A model generated the notes under the pieces. That model saw only the letters and a list, made by a program, of their open reading frames with translations. It did no database searches and was not told the DNA's origin. A DNA stretch of 64,000 bases. Origin: Nanobdellota archaeon. GTDB taxonomy: Archaea > Nanobdellota > Nanobdellia > Pacearchaeales > GW2011-AR1. The position numbers were made by a program, and so were the translations under genes. The stretch covers positions 1-64,000 of the forward strand of contig JBBSXO010000005.1 of assembly GCA_038045705.1 (NCBI GenBank). The letters are read 5' to 3'. This document shows positions 28,397 through 38,514 of this stretch, one piece after another (positions within the stretch are counted from its first letter, which is position 1; each line of letters starts with the position of its first letter).

Positions 28397-28639
28397 ATGG
28401 ATAATGAAGATGACTCTAAAAAAGATTTAGTAAGAGGAATAGCCGAAAATCAACTAACAGGTATAATTCCTCAAAGAACATTAGCTAAAGCAGTAGGTAA
28501 TATGTCTACAGAAAGATTTGCAGATGGAATTGATGGTTTAGTTGATGAAAACGTTTTAAGCAAACCCTCATACGATTCAAGAAAAGGAATAGTTTATACT
28601 TTTTATCCTGACAAGGCGAGAACAAAAGGTTATCTATAA
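28397..28639 (+). CDS. Hypothetical protein (possible winged helix)
   Basis: 80 aa; 'QRTLAKAVG...LVDENVL...YTF'. Confidence 0.55.
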   Translation: MDNEDDSKKDLVRGIAENQLTGIIPQRTLAKAVGNMSTERFADGIDGLVDENVLSKPSYDSRKGIVYTFYPDKARTKGYL

Positions 28640-28684
28640 TAATTTTTCACAAACCATTATAAACTTACAGCCCAGTAAATAAAT

Positions 28685-30022
28685 ATGTTAAAAATTCATG
28701 CAGTTGGTGGTTTTAGTGAAGTGGGCAAAAATATGACTGCCGTCGAGTCAAGAGATGATGTAACCTTATGTGATGCTGGTTTATTTATCCCAGCGTTAGT
28801 TGGAGTAAGCGAAAGAGAAAAAGTACCAACAGAGCAAGGAATGAGATCAATTGGAGCATTACCAAACGACCATTACTTGGATGAAAAGAAACTTAGAGAT
28901 AAAGTAAGATCTATTGCAGTTTCACACGCTCACTTAGACCATGTAGGGGCAGTCCAATATTTAGCCCATAGGTACAAGGCAGGAATCTACGGAACCCCTT
29001 ACACCATGGAAGTTCTAAAAAATTTATTGCCTGAAAGAGGTCTTCCTGCAGGTAATAAAATGCATACTGTAAAATCAAATGGAATAGCACAAATTAATGG
29101 AAAAAATAAATACAAAGTAGAGTTCATTAATATGACTCATTCGACATTGCAATGTGCTTTAGTTGCAGTCCATACTCCTGATGGAGTAGTCTTATATGCA
29201 AATGACTACAAGTTAGATAATACTCCTGTAATTGGAGATAAACCAAATTACAAGAGACTAAAGGAAATATCCAAAGAAGGAGTAAAAGCGCTAGTAGTAA
29301 ACTGTCTATATGCACATTCAGAGAAAAAAACACCTTCAGAGCAAGTTGCAAGAGATATGGTAAGGGATACAATGTCTAGTTTACAAGGAAATAAAGAAGG
29401 TCTAATAGTAACAACCTTTGCATCACATATAGCAAGATTAAAATCAATAGTAGACTTCGGACAAAAATTGGACAGAAAAATAGTTTTTATTGGTAGAAGT
29501 CTGGCAAAATACGTTTTAGCAGGGGAATCAATAAATCAAGTTCCTTTCAAAAGTAAAATAATAATGGCTACTTACAAAAAACAATTAGAAAAAACTTTAA
29601 GACAAGTAGATGCAAATAGAGATAAGTATCTTGTTGTATGCACAGGTCATCAAGGAGAAAAAGGTTCAGTTCTTGATAGAATGTCAAGGAATCAATTACC
29701 TCTAAGAATACAACCAGGAGATAACATTGTTTTTTGCTCAAAAACAATTCCAGCTCCTGAAACAATTGCTTCTAGATCAGAATTAATGAGGCGTTTAGAT
29801 GAGTTCAAACCAAGAATACATGATAATCTTCACGTTTCAGGTCACGGTTCAAAAGAAGACCTAATGGAATTAATTAAATTAACAAATCCTGAAAATGTAA
29901 TTCCATCTCATGGAGACCATGCAAAAACGATACCTGGAATGCACGTTGCTGAAGAAATGGGTTATAAAAAAGGTTATAATGTTCACTTACTCTCAAATGG
30001 TGAGTCAATAAAAGTAGCATGA
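28685..30022 (+). CDS. rnj: Ribonuclease J (beta-CASP)
   Basis: 'GGFSEVGKNMTA', 'SHAHLDH', 'TFASH', 'TGHQGE', 'HVSGH'. Confidence 0.92.
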   Translation: MLKIHAVGGFSEVGKNMTAVESRDDVTLCDAGLFIPALVGVSEREKVPTEQGMRSIGALPNDHYLDEKKLRDKVRSIAVSHAHLDHVGAVQYLAHRYKAGIYGTPYTMEVLKNLLPERGLPAGNKMHTVKSNGIAQINGKNKYKVEFINMTHSTLQCALVAVHTPDGVVLYANDYKLDNTPVIGDKPNYKRLKEISKEGVKALVVNCLYAHSEKKTPSEQVARDMVRDTMSSLQGNKEGLIVTTFASHIARLKSIVDFGQKLDRKIVFIGRSLAKYVLAGESINQVPFKSKIIMATYKKQLEKTLRQVDANRDKYLVVCTGHQGEKGSVLDRMSRNQLPLRIQPGDNIVFCSKTIPAPETIASRSELMRRLDEFKPRIHDNLHVSGHGSKEDLMELIKLTNPENVIPSHGDHAKTIPGMHVAEEMGYKKGYNVHLLSNGESIKVA

Positions 30023-30507
30023 GAGATGATATAGTTGGAATGTTGAAGAATGCCATAGATCACGGTGGTAACCCTCAAAGAGTTGCTCAATCTTTGATTA
30101 ATTCAGGTTATCCTATGAAAGATGTAAAAGAAGCATTTGATTACATAATGATTAGTAATCCAGCCCTTCAAACACAACAACAGCAACAAGTTAATCAACA
30201 AACCCCTCAAATGCAAATTAGTGAGCAACCTCAAAAACAACCCCAACAACCATCTGCACAATATCAAACACAACAACAATTTCCCCAGCAAAAACAGATG
30301 CCAAATCCGCCACAATACAAAGCACCCGTGACACCTATACCACCAATACAACCTCTAAGGCCACTAAAACCTCTTCCTTCCCAAAAGACAAGCCCTTCTG
30401 GAATGGGAAAAATAATAGTCTTGATATTCATACTTCTTTTATTAGTCCTCTCTTTAGTTTCAGTAATAATCTTTAAAGATGATATTTTAGAATTATTAAG
30501 CTTATGA
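30019..30507 (+). CDS. Tail-anchored Gln/Pro-rich membrane protein
   Basis: N-terminal helical domain, Q/P linker, C-terminal TM. Confidence 0.7.
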   Translation: MRDDIVGMLKNAIDHGGNPQRVAQSLINSGYPMKDVKEAFDYIMISNPALQTQQQQQVNQQTPQMQISEQPQKQPQQPSAQYQTQQQFPQQKQMPNPPQYKAPVTPIPPIQPLRPLKPLPSQKTSPSGMGKIIVLIFILLLLVLSLVSVIIFKDDILELLSL

Positions 30508-31040
30508 GCTTAGTATATCAACCAGCAGAAGATTCTTATCTTATTGAGTCAACAATAAAAAAATATGCTAAAAACAAGTCAGTTCTGGATATATGTACAG
30601 GTTCAGGAATTTTAGCTATCAAAGCTTTAGAATCAGGAGCAAAATCAGTTACGGCAGTGGATATAAATCAAGATGCTCTGGATAGCATAAAAGAAAAAAG
30701 AATAAAAAAAATCAAGTCAAATATCTTTAGCAAAGTCAATAAAAAGTTTGATTTAATTATCTGTAATCCACCCTATCTTCCAGAAAACAAACAGGAAGAC
30801 AAAGAAAGTAGATTAGCAACTACAGGTGGAAAAAAAGGAGATGAATTCATTCTAAAATTGCTCAAACAAGCCAAAAAGTATCTAGAAAATAATGGAATTA
30901 TTCTCCTTTTAGTCTCTTCTTTAACTCCAATGAAAAGAATAAATAATTTATTAGAAAAAAATAAACTTAAGTCAAAAGTCATAGATTCAAAGAATTTTTT
31001 CTTTGAAAAATTAGAGGTTTTAGAAATAAGAGATAACTAA
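30504..31040 (+). CDS. HemK2/Mtq2-type release factor glutamine methyltransferase
   Basis: 'VYQPAEDSYL', 'LDICTGSG', 'NPPY', 'GGKKG', 'FFEKL'. Confidence 0.88.
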   Translation: MSLVYQPAEDSYLIESTIKKYAKNKSVLDICTGSGILAIKALESGAKSVTAVDINQDALDSIKEKRIKKIKSNIFSKVNKKFDLIICNPPYLPENKQEDKESRLATTGGKKGDEFILKLLKQAKKYLENNGIILLLVSSLTPMKRINNLLEKNKLKSKVIDSKNFFFEKLEVLEIRDN

Positions 31041-31048
31041 AAAACTAG

Positions 31049-31405
31049 CTACCTCATTAAATGATTAATATTTTGAGCCACAAAATCATGCTCTTCATTC
31101 TTAACTCCTAAATCTTGTTTTGTCAAAAACCATGCAAATTTTAAGAAATTCTTAACAGTAGGATTTTCAAGATTCAGTATATACATATCTGATTTTCCAA
31201 CTCTTCTTGTCTTAACAATAATCTCCTTATCAAGAAATTCTTCAAAAAAACTCTTTAAAGAATTATAACTGATATTTGATTCTCTTGCCATGTCAGTCAT
31301 GTTGAAGTCAAAAAAGTGATTTCCAATTAAGAAATCCAGAAATCTTAGTTTCGGAGTATCGCCAAAATATTCCAAAAATGCAGATTTGTTTTCTTCGTTT
31401 TTCAT
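31049..31405 (-). CDS. wHTH transcriptional regulator
   Basis: 'FGDTPKLRFLDFL', 'TDMARESNISY', 'TRRVGKSDMY'. Confidence 0.75.
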   Translation of the reverse strand: MKNEENKSAFLEYFGDTPKLRFLDFLIGNHFFDFNMTDMARESNISYNSLKSFFEEFLDKEIIVKTRRVGKSDMYILNLENPTVKNFLKFAWFLTKQDLGVKNEEHDFVAQNINHLMR

Positions 31406-31504
31406 AACTTCTTTAAATCTTGTCTTTATTTAAATCTTTCTCTTAAAGACAATTTAACTATCAAAGTAAGAAACATTTAAATAACTTTCAAGTTTATAAT
31501 CTCA

Positions 31505-31762
31505 ATGGAAAAAGAGAAAGCACAGCTTATGTTTAAACTTGCTTACTCAAAGAAAAACTGGGGACACAAATATGACAGATTAGAGCATTTCAAAAGATTT
31601 CCAAACTTAAAACAAGTAGTAAAAGAACTCTCAAATAAAGGATGGATTCTAATATACAACAAGCCAAATTTCATAGGCATCTCATTAAATACTCAATTCA
31701 AGAAAGAAATCATCTCATTCATAGAAAATCATCTTCCGCATTTGAATGGTATGATTGGATAA
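31505..31762 (+). CDS. Hypothetical small basic protein (wHTH-like)
   Basis: 85 aa; 'VKELSNKGWI', 'ISLN'; divergent from the HTH gene. Confidence 0.6.
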   Translation: MEKEKAQLMFKLAYSKKNWGHKYDRLEHFKRFPNLKQVVKELSNKGWILIYNKPNFIGISLNTQFKKEIISFIENHLPHLNGMIG

Positions 31763-31777
31763 AATAATGCAATAATA

Positions 31778-31798
31778 TTGATAGTGTTTCACACAAAC
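31778..31798 (-). repeat. Dispersed repeat B copy
   Basis: Reverse complement GTTTGTGTGAAACACTATCAA matches 20853-20873 GTTTGTGCGAGAAACTATCGA at 17 of 21 positions. Confidence 0.5.
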
Positions 31799-31870
31799 AT
31801 ATGTCGAAGATATAGAGCTCAAGCATAATAACACAACAATACCTAAAAACTAAGTATCTCAGCAAAACCT

Positions 31871-33019
31871 ATGAAGTTTGGTCATTTAGCAGATTGCCAT
31901 TTAGGTGGTTGGAGATACCCAGAGTTGCAACAACTCAATTTTGAGAGTTTTAAGAGCGCCTTAGAAACATGTAAAAAAGAGAAAGTAGATTTCATCCTTA
32001 TAGCTGGAGATTTATTTGATTCCCCATATCCACCAATAGAAATAATAAAAGATGCTTTTAATGAATTTCGTAAGTTAAAAGAAGCAAATATACCAATCTT
32101 CTTTATAGCTGGAAGTCATGATTATTCAATTTCAGGAAAAAGTTTTCTAGATGTAATGGAAAAGTCAGGTTTTGGAACAAATGTTTTCAAGGCTCAAGAA
32201 AAAGACGACTCTATAATTTTAGAGCCAACAATTTACAAAAATGTTGCCATTTACGGTTACCCTGGAAAAAAAACAGGATTAGAAGTTTATGATATTCCTA
32301 AAATAAAGTTGCAAGATGCCCCTGGATTATTTAAAATATTGATGTTACATACTACAATGAAAGATGCTCTGCCAGGTTTAGATATTCCATCAGTAGATAG
32401 AGAAAGTCTACCTAAGGTAGATTATTTAGCACTAGGGCATTTACATCTACAGTATGAAAAAGGAAATGCAAGATATGGGGGACCAATGTACCCAAATAAT
32501 GCAAGCGAGTTAGAAGATTTACAATATGGAACTTTCTATATAGTTGACACAAACAAAGAAATCAAGAGACATAACGTAAAACTAAAGGATGTTCTAGTTC
32601 TAGACTTAGAAATAACAGACTCTTTAATAGGAACAGAGACAATTTTAGAAGAATTAAAAAAACATTTATTAAAAGATAAAATTTTAATTCTAAAATTAAA
32701 AGGAGTTTTAGAAAGAGGAAAAATAACAGATATAAATTTCAATAAAATTGAAGAATTCTCAAGAAAACATGGAGTATGGTGTTTTATGAAAAACACTACT
32801 AGGTTATTTTTTCCAATAGTAGAAGTTGATGTAACTCCTCAGACAGAAGACTTTGAAAAAGAAATAATAGATAGTTTCTGTAGCAAGCATCCTCATGATC
32901 TAAACAAACACATACAATTACTTTTATTAATGCTTAATATGGAGAAAAAAGAAGATGAAACATCTAGAACTTTTGAAGATAGGTTATTTGGAGATTCAAT
33001 AAAAGTTCTATTCCCATGA
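31871..33019 (+). CDS. mre11: Mre11 nuclease
   Basis: DCHLG, GDLFD, GSHD and GHLH motifs; overlaps rad50. Confidence 0.92.
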   Translation: MKFGHLADCHLGGWRYPELQQLNFESFKSALETCKKEKVDFILIAGDLFDSPYPPIEIIKDAFNEFRKLKEANIPIFFIAGSHDYSISGKSFLDVMEKSGFGTNVFKAQEKDDSIILEPTIYKNVAIYGYPGKKTGLEVYDIPKIKLQDAPGLFKILMLHTTMKDALPGLDIPSVDRESLPKVDYLALGHLHLQYEKGNARYGGPMYPNNASELEDLQYGTFYIVDTNKEIKRHNVKLKDVLVLDLEITDSLIGTETILEELKKHLLKDKILILKLKGVLERGKITDINFNKIEEFSRKHGVWCFMKNTTRLFFPIVEVDVTPQTEDFEKEIIDSFCSKHPHDLNKHIQLLLLMLNMEKKEDETSRTFEDRLFGDSIKVLFP

Positions 33020-35067
33020 TTTTCAAAAGTATAAGATTAAAAAATATAAGAAGTTACAAAGAACAGGAAATAAAATTTCCAGAAGGAGCTGTGCTTCTTG
33101 CAGGAGACGTAGGCTCAGGGAAGACATCTATTCTTTTAGCAATAGAGTATGCATTATTTGGTTTGCAACCAGGGCAAAGAGGTTCATCACTTCTATCCAA
33201 TGGAGAAGAGTATGGTGAAGTCTCTTTAGAAATGGATATTAATGGAGTTCATACAATAATAGACCGAGGATTAAAGAGAAGTTTGAAATCAATAAATCAG
33301 GATTTTGCTGCGATAACTATAAATGGGAGCAGATTCGAATCTTCAGTAACAGAAGTAAAATTAAAAATTCTAGAATTATTGAATTACCCCCTAGATTTTG
33401 TAAGAAAAAATAACCTTTTGTATAAATACACAGTTTATACACCTCAAGAAGAGATGAAACAGATAATTCAAGAAAGCACAGATGTAAGGTTAGATGTTTT
33501 GAGGCATGTATTTGGAATAGACAAATACAAAAGGATACAGGATAATATTCAAAGAATTGCAACAATGATACGAGATGAATCAAGAATATTACAAGCAGAA
33601 TCTGCATCAATAGAATCAAAAAAGAGTGAGTTAGATTCAAGTCTAAAATTTGTTAATATATTAGAGTCAAACATTGTTGCTAAACAGGAAGAAGTAAATA
33701 AATTAAAATATGAAAAAGAGTTGAAAGAAAAAGAAGTAGACTCCTTACAAAAATTAGTTGCAGATAAAGAAAATTTCAAGAAGGAAATAGAAAAGTTTTC
33801 AATAATGGGAAGAAATAAACAGGAGCAGATATCAAGATTTGTAAAAGACCTCAAAGATGTAGAAGATTTATTAGAAGGCTCCAAGATAAATGACTCAAAC
33901 ACTAATATCAAAACAATTATAGATCAAATATCTAAAGAAAAGTCCACAATAAATTTGTTAGAAAAAGAATATCTTGAATTAAGTTCAAAAAGCAGTTCTT
34001 TGGATATGTTCAGACAGCAAGAAATAAGTAAGAAGAATAAAATATTTCAGTTAAAACACTGCCCTACTTGTTTGCAAGATGTCCCAGAAGCTCACAAACA
34101 TAACATAATGAATGATACCGAATCAAAAATAAAAAAAGCAATAGATGATAAATCAGTTTTGTTGTCTGAAATTCAAAAAATTGAGTTTGAATTAAAAAAA
34201 CATAAAGAAATAACTAATGTTTTAGAACAGGAGAGAATAGCTATGGAGATTCAAAATGCAAGACAAGAAAACTTGAACAAGCATATGATCAAAAAACAAG
34301 AACTCTTAAAATTAAAAGAAGCTTTTGAAAAAGATGTTTTATTGATAAATGAGCAAATAGATTCTCTAAAAAAACATTCTTTTGAATATACAAAATTTGA
34401 AAATTTATTAAAAATAAAGAAAGACGAACTATCTATTTTAGCAGAATCAGAAAAAATGAGAGAGATAGAATTTGCAGAAATAAGAAAAGAAATAGAATTA
34501 ACAAATAAGGAAATATCAAAATATAATATTGAAATACAGAAGGGTCAGGAATCTAGAAATAAACTGGTAAGAATGTTAGAAGTAGAAGGCTGGTTATCAA
34601 ACAATTTCACAAATTTAACAAAGTTCACTGAAAAGAATATTCTCATTGCATTGAGAAAGGAATTTACAAAAATATTTAATAAATGGTTTTCAATGCTTAC
34701 CACAGATGCCTTTGAAGTGTATCTAGATGAAAATTTTTCTCCAGTAATTGTTCATAATGAATTTGAATTAGACTATGAATTTCTTTCAGGTGGAGAGCGA
34801 ACAGCAGTAGCTCTGGCTTACAGACTAGCACTAAACCAATTAATAAACTCAGTTTTAAGTAAAATAAAAACATCAGATGTAGTCATTTTAGATGAACCTA
34901 CAGAGGGATTCTCAGAACAGCAATTAGACAAAATGAGAGATATGTTGCGTGAGTTAAATGTAAAACAACTCTTAATAGTTAGTCATGAAACAAAAATAGA
35001 GAGTTTTGTAGACCATGTAATACGTTTCAGAAAAACTAATGGAATCTCAAAGGTAGTAGCAGAGTAA
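33016..35067 (+). CDS. rad50: Rad50 ATPase
   Basis: GDVGSGKTS, coiled coil with CPTC zinc hook, LSGGE, LDEPT. Confidence 0.92.
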   Translation: MIFKSIRLKNIRSYKEQEIKFPEGAVLLAGDVGSGKTSILLAIEYALFGLQPGQRGSSLLSNGEEYGEVSLEMDINGVHTIIDRGLKRSLKSINQDFAAITINGSRFESSVTEVKLKILELLNYPLDFVRKNNLLYKYTVYTPQEEMKQIIQESTDVRLDVLRHVFGIDKYKRIQDNIQRIATMIRDESRILQAESASIESKKSELDSSLKFVNILESNIVAKQEEVNKLKYEKELKEKEVDSLQKLVADKENFKKEIEKFSIMGRNKQEQISRFVKDLKDVEDLLEGSKINDSNTNIKTIIDQISKEKSTINLLEKEYLELSSKSSSLDMFRQQEISKKNKIFQLKHCPTCLQDVPEAHKHNIMNDTESKIKKAIDDKSVLLSEIQKIEFELKKHKEITNVLEQERIAMEIQNARQENLNKHMIKKQELLKLKEAFEKDVLLINEQIDSLKKHSFEYTKFENLLKIKKDELSILAESEKMREIEFAEIRKEIELTNKEISKYNIEIQKGQESRNKLVRMLEVEGWLSNNFTNLTKFTEKNILIALRKEFTKIFNKWFSMLTTDAFEVYLDENFSPVIVHNEFELDYEFLSGGERTAVALAYRLALNQLINSVLSKIKTSDVVILDEPTEGFSEQQLDKMRDMLRELNVKQLLIVSHETKIESFVDHVIRFRKTNGISKVVAE

Positions 35068-35150
35068 GATGGTATACAAACATAATTCCACAAGATGAAA
35101 AAATTTAAATACTATGATTAAAACATAACTTAAGGGTATTTTTTATTCTC

Positions 35151-35825
35151 ATGAATGAAGACATTTCAAAACACGTTCTAAAAACTGGAACATTAACAAT
35201 TGGCATAGTATGCAAAGACGGCATAGTTGTAGCTGCAGATAGAAGGCAATCTTATGGTGGTCAGGGTGGAGGAGTTTCGTATCTTGCAGGCGCAGCCAAG
35301 AAAGTCCTAGAAATTACAGATAGAATGATTGCCACAACTGCTGGTACTGCATCGGATACAAGGAAGGTCTTGGAAATAATGAGGGCAGAATTTAAATTAA
35401 AAGAACTAAGAACTAGAGAAAGAATAACCGTTCCAGAAGCAGCTAATTTTTTAGCAAATATGGTTTATGGAAACATCAGAACACCATCAATGATTCCAAG
35501 CATAACACATTTTATAATTTCAGGATATGATGAGAAAGGAATTTATCTTTATGATATATCTCCAGATGGGTATATCCAGGAATCAAATAGTTATGTGGCA
35601 ACAGGGAGTGGAATAATGCAGGCACACCCTATTTTAGACTCAGAATATAAGAAAAATATGACTATTGATGAGGCTATTTTAATGGTTACTAAATGTATTA
35701 AAGCCGCAACAGCAAGAGAACCATCAGTTGGAGCTGGAATTGATATTTATACAGTAAAAAAAGGTGAAATTAAACAGGTAGTAGATAAGGAAGCTATAGT
35801 AAGTTTCGAAAATCATACAAAGTAA
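35151..35825 (+). CDS. psmB: Proteasome beta subunit
   Basis: Propeptide followed by 'KTG|TLTIGI', 'AADRR', 'ATGSG'. Confidence 0.93.
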   Translation: MNEDISKHVLKTGTLTIGIVCKDGIVVAADRRQSYGGQGGGVSYLAGAAKKVLEITDRMIATTAGTASDTRKVLEIMRAEFKLKELRTRERITVPEAANFLANMVYGNIRTPSMIPSITHFIISGYDEKGIYLYDISPDGYIQESNSYVATGSGIMQAHPILDSEYKKNMTIDEAILMVTKCIKAATAREPSVGAGIDIYTVKKGEIKQVVDKEAIVSFENHTK

Positions 35826-35832
35826 AATTCTA

Positions 35833-37728
35833 ATGAGTGAAATATTGAAAGCAATAAAAAGTGAATTACCTAATGGTGTAGTTAGTGAAGCAATCTTCGA
35901 AGGAGCTAACATAGTCCTTTATACAACAGATAAAGAATTTTTTAGAAATAGCGATGAAAAAATAAGAGAGGTAGTAAAAAAAGTAAAGAAAAGAATAGAA
36001 ATTAGAGCAGATACAAGTTTATTAGCACCACAAGAAGAAACTGAAAAGACTATTAGAGAACTAGTTCCAACAGAAGCAGAGATAGAATCAATAATTTTCG
36101 ACGTTCAAAGAAGCACAGCTATAGTAGAAGCAAAACGTCCAGGGATAGTAATCGGAAAACAGGGAGGAATTCTTAAGCAAATAAGGGATTCAACAATGTG
36201 GACAATCCAGACACAAAGAAGTCCTGCAATTCATTCAAAAATTACTGAAAAGATAAGAGACGTTTTATATGCAAATAATAATTATAGAAAGAAATTTTTA
36301 AATGATATAGGAAAAAAGGTTTATGAAAACTGGAATCCTGAAAAGATGGATATATGGGTTAGACTCACATATCTAGGAAGTGGTCGTCAGGTAGGTCGTT
36401 CATGTTTGCTTTTACAAACTCCCAAATCAAAGATAGTCTTTGATTGCGGAATAAACCCGGGAATACTCCACGGACCTGAAAAGTTCCCTTATCTTGATGT
36501 CTCAGAAATAGGAGATCTTGGTTCAATTGACGCAATAGTATTATCGCATGCTCATTTGGATCACAGCGGAGTTATTCCTTACCTCTACAAAATGGGGTAT
36601 CGTGGTCCAGTATATATGACTCCCCCTACAAGAGATATAGCAGCATTACTTACTCTTGATCTTGTAGGAGTTGCTTACAAGCAGGCAGAATCTCCATTAT
36701 ACAGACCAGATGATGTGAAAGAAATGGTTAGACATTCTATTTGTCTTAACTACGGAGAAGTTTTTGATATAACTCCAGATATAAGGATAACTTTCTATAA
36801 TGCGGGTCACGTACTCGGTTCAGCGGTTACTCATGTAAATATTGGAAATGGTTTGCACAACTTTGTTTATACAGGAGACTCAAACTATAGAAAAACAAGG
36901 TGTTTAGATCCAGCAGTAAACTTTTATCCAAGAGTTGAATCAGTAATGGTTGAATCAACTTATGGTTCTAAAGATCAGATTCAGCCACCTGCTTCAGAAG
37001 TAGATGAAAGGTTTTTTTCTTTAGTTAATGAAACAATAAAAAGAAACGGAAAAATATTGCTTCCAGAATTGGGCTTAGGTCATGCACAAGAAACTCTTTT
37101 AAGAGTTGAAGAGGCAATTCGTACAGGTAAACTCCCAGAAATTCCAGTTTACCTAGATGGAATGTTATGGGATATTACTGCCATTCATACAGCATATCCA
37201 GAATTTTTAGGAAGCAATTTAAGAAATAGGATATTCCAAGATGAGAATCCTTTCGTTTCACCATATTTCAAAAGAATAGGTTCTCCTACAGAGCGTAAGG
37301 AAGTAATTGAAGGAGGACCATGTATTGTTATAGCTACTTCAGGAATGTTAGCAGGGGGAGCATCAGTTCAATACTTTAAAGAATTTGCAGAGAGTGAAAA
37401 TAATTTAATAATCTTCGGATGTTACCAAGCGCCTAATTCATTGGGTAGACAAGTTTCTGAAGGAAATAAAGTTGTAAAAATAGATGATCAATTAGGTGGA
37501 GAAACAGTTAAAGTTAATATGCAAGTAGAAACAATGTCTGGATTATCAGCTCACTCAGGTCGTGGTGAATTAATGCAGTTCATAGCAAGAATGTCTCCAA
37601 AACCTAAAAAAATAATTTTAAGTCATGGAGAACAATCAAGATGCCTTGATTTAGCTTCAAGCATTTATAGGCAGTATGGGATAGAGACAGTTGTCCCAAG
37701 AAATTTAGAAACAATAAGATTAAAATAA
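35833..37728 (+). CDS. fttA: aCPSF1 / FttA beta-CASP ribonuclease (transcription termination factor)
   Basis: N-terminal KH domains, 'QVGRSC', 'SHAHLDH', 'AGHVLGS', 'LSAHS', C-terminal 'NLETIRL'. Confidence 0.92.
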   Translation: MSEILKAIKSELPNGVVSEAIFEGANIVLYTTDKEFFRNSDEKIREVVKKVKKRIEIRADTSLLAPQEETEKTIRELVPTEAEIESIIFDVQRSTAIVEAKRPGIVIGKQGGILKQIRDSTMWTIQTQRSPAIHSKITEKIRDVLYANNNYRKKFLNDIGKKVYENWNPEKMDIWVRLTYLGSGRQVGRSCLLLQTPKSKIVFDCGINPGILHGPEKFPYLDVSEIGDLGSIDAIVLSHAHLDHSGVIPYLYKMGYRGPVYMTPPTRDIAALLTLDLVGVAYKQAESPLYRPDDVKEMVRHSICLNYGEVFDITPDIRITFYNAGHVLGSAVTHVNIGNGLHNFVYTGDSNYRKTRCLDPAVNFYPRVESVMVESTYGSKDQIQPPASEVDERFFSLVNETIKRNGKILLPELGLGHAQETLLRVEEAIRTGKLPEIPVYLDGMLWDITAIHTAYPEFLGSNLRNRIFQDENPFVSPYFKRIGSPTERKEVIEGGPCIVIATSGMLAGGASVQYFKEFAESENNLIIFGCYQAPNSLGRQVSEGNKVVKIDDQLGGETVKVNMQVETMSGLSAHSGRGELMQFIARMSPKPKKIILSHGEQSRCLDLASSIYRQYGIETVVPRNLETIRLK

Positions 37729-38217
37729 TTATCTAAATTCTTCAACAGCTTTTAACACATTGTTTACAAGATCCTTTGTAATAAACAAAGAAGACTGATT
37801 ATACAATTCGTTTATCTTATTAATAGTTGTTTTTTTATCAATTATTTTTTGTCTAAAAGCACGAAGTACAATTCCAATAGTCCCATGAACTTCTAGAGAA
37901 TAATCTTTAGCGACAATTCGCGCATCAAGATCATCAGTTATAAAGTAGTTTATTTTTTCTTGTAATGCGAGCGCAATTGCAGATGATTCACCAATATCTA
38001 AATTATATTTATTTGTAAATAATTTAACCATATCTTTAGAAGAATGAGACAAATTCTTAAGTTTTACTTTTTTTGGAAGACCTATCTTATATTTTAACAA
38101 CTCATCAATTACTTCCTTAGAAGTAAAGATACTAGAAAATATCTCCAAAGCATCTATAAAGCTTATTTCAGTTAAATGTATTATTGGACCAGTATTAGAA
38201 ACAGCTTTATTTTCCAT
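37729..38217 (-). CDS. PIN domain toxin (DUF3368-type)
   Basis: 'VSNTGPIIHL', 'LDIGE', 'TDDLDAR', 'GTIGI'. Confidence 0.85.
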   Translation of the reverse strand: MENKAVSNTGPIIHLTEISFIDALEIFSSIFTSKEVIDELLKYKIGLPKKVKLKNLSHSSKDMVKLFTNKYNLDIGESSAIALALQEKINYFITDDLDARIVAKDYSLEVHGTIGIVLRAFRQKIIDKKTTINKINELYNQSSLFITKDLVNNVLKAVEEFR

Positions 38218-38419
38218 ATAATCCCCATTGAATATCTTCCTTTATAGCAGACTCCAACTGGACAATTTTCTGTTTTTTAACGAGTTCACGGACAGCATCA
38301 CGAATTAATTCAGACCTGTTTGCATACCATCCTTGTTTTATCAACTCTTCCATTTCATCAATTATTCTTTTTGTTAGTTTTGCTGGAACAGTTTCCATAT
38401 CTGACTTATTAACTTCCAT
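38207..38419 (-). CDS. Ribbon-helix-helix (CopG) antitoxin
   Basis: 'ELIKQGWYANRSELIRDAVR'. Confidence 0.85.
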   Translation of the reverse strand: MEVNKSDMETVPAKLTKRIIDEMEELIKQGWYANRSELIRDAVRELVKKQKIVQLESAIKEDIQWGLYGK

Positions 38420-38514
38420 ATAGTATCACCTGAGTAATACTATTTAAACATTTTTATTTTCATTTTCACCACATTTAAATATATACATCATTTATATAAA
38501 TTGAAAGAGAAAAA

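Noticed and set aside
30160-30330. CAA-rich tract as a DGR template repeat
   Set aside because: It is in-frame Gln/Pro coding sequence and does not align to the 53703-53801 region
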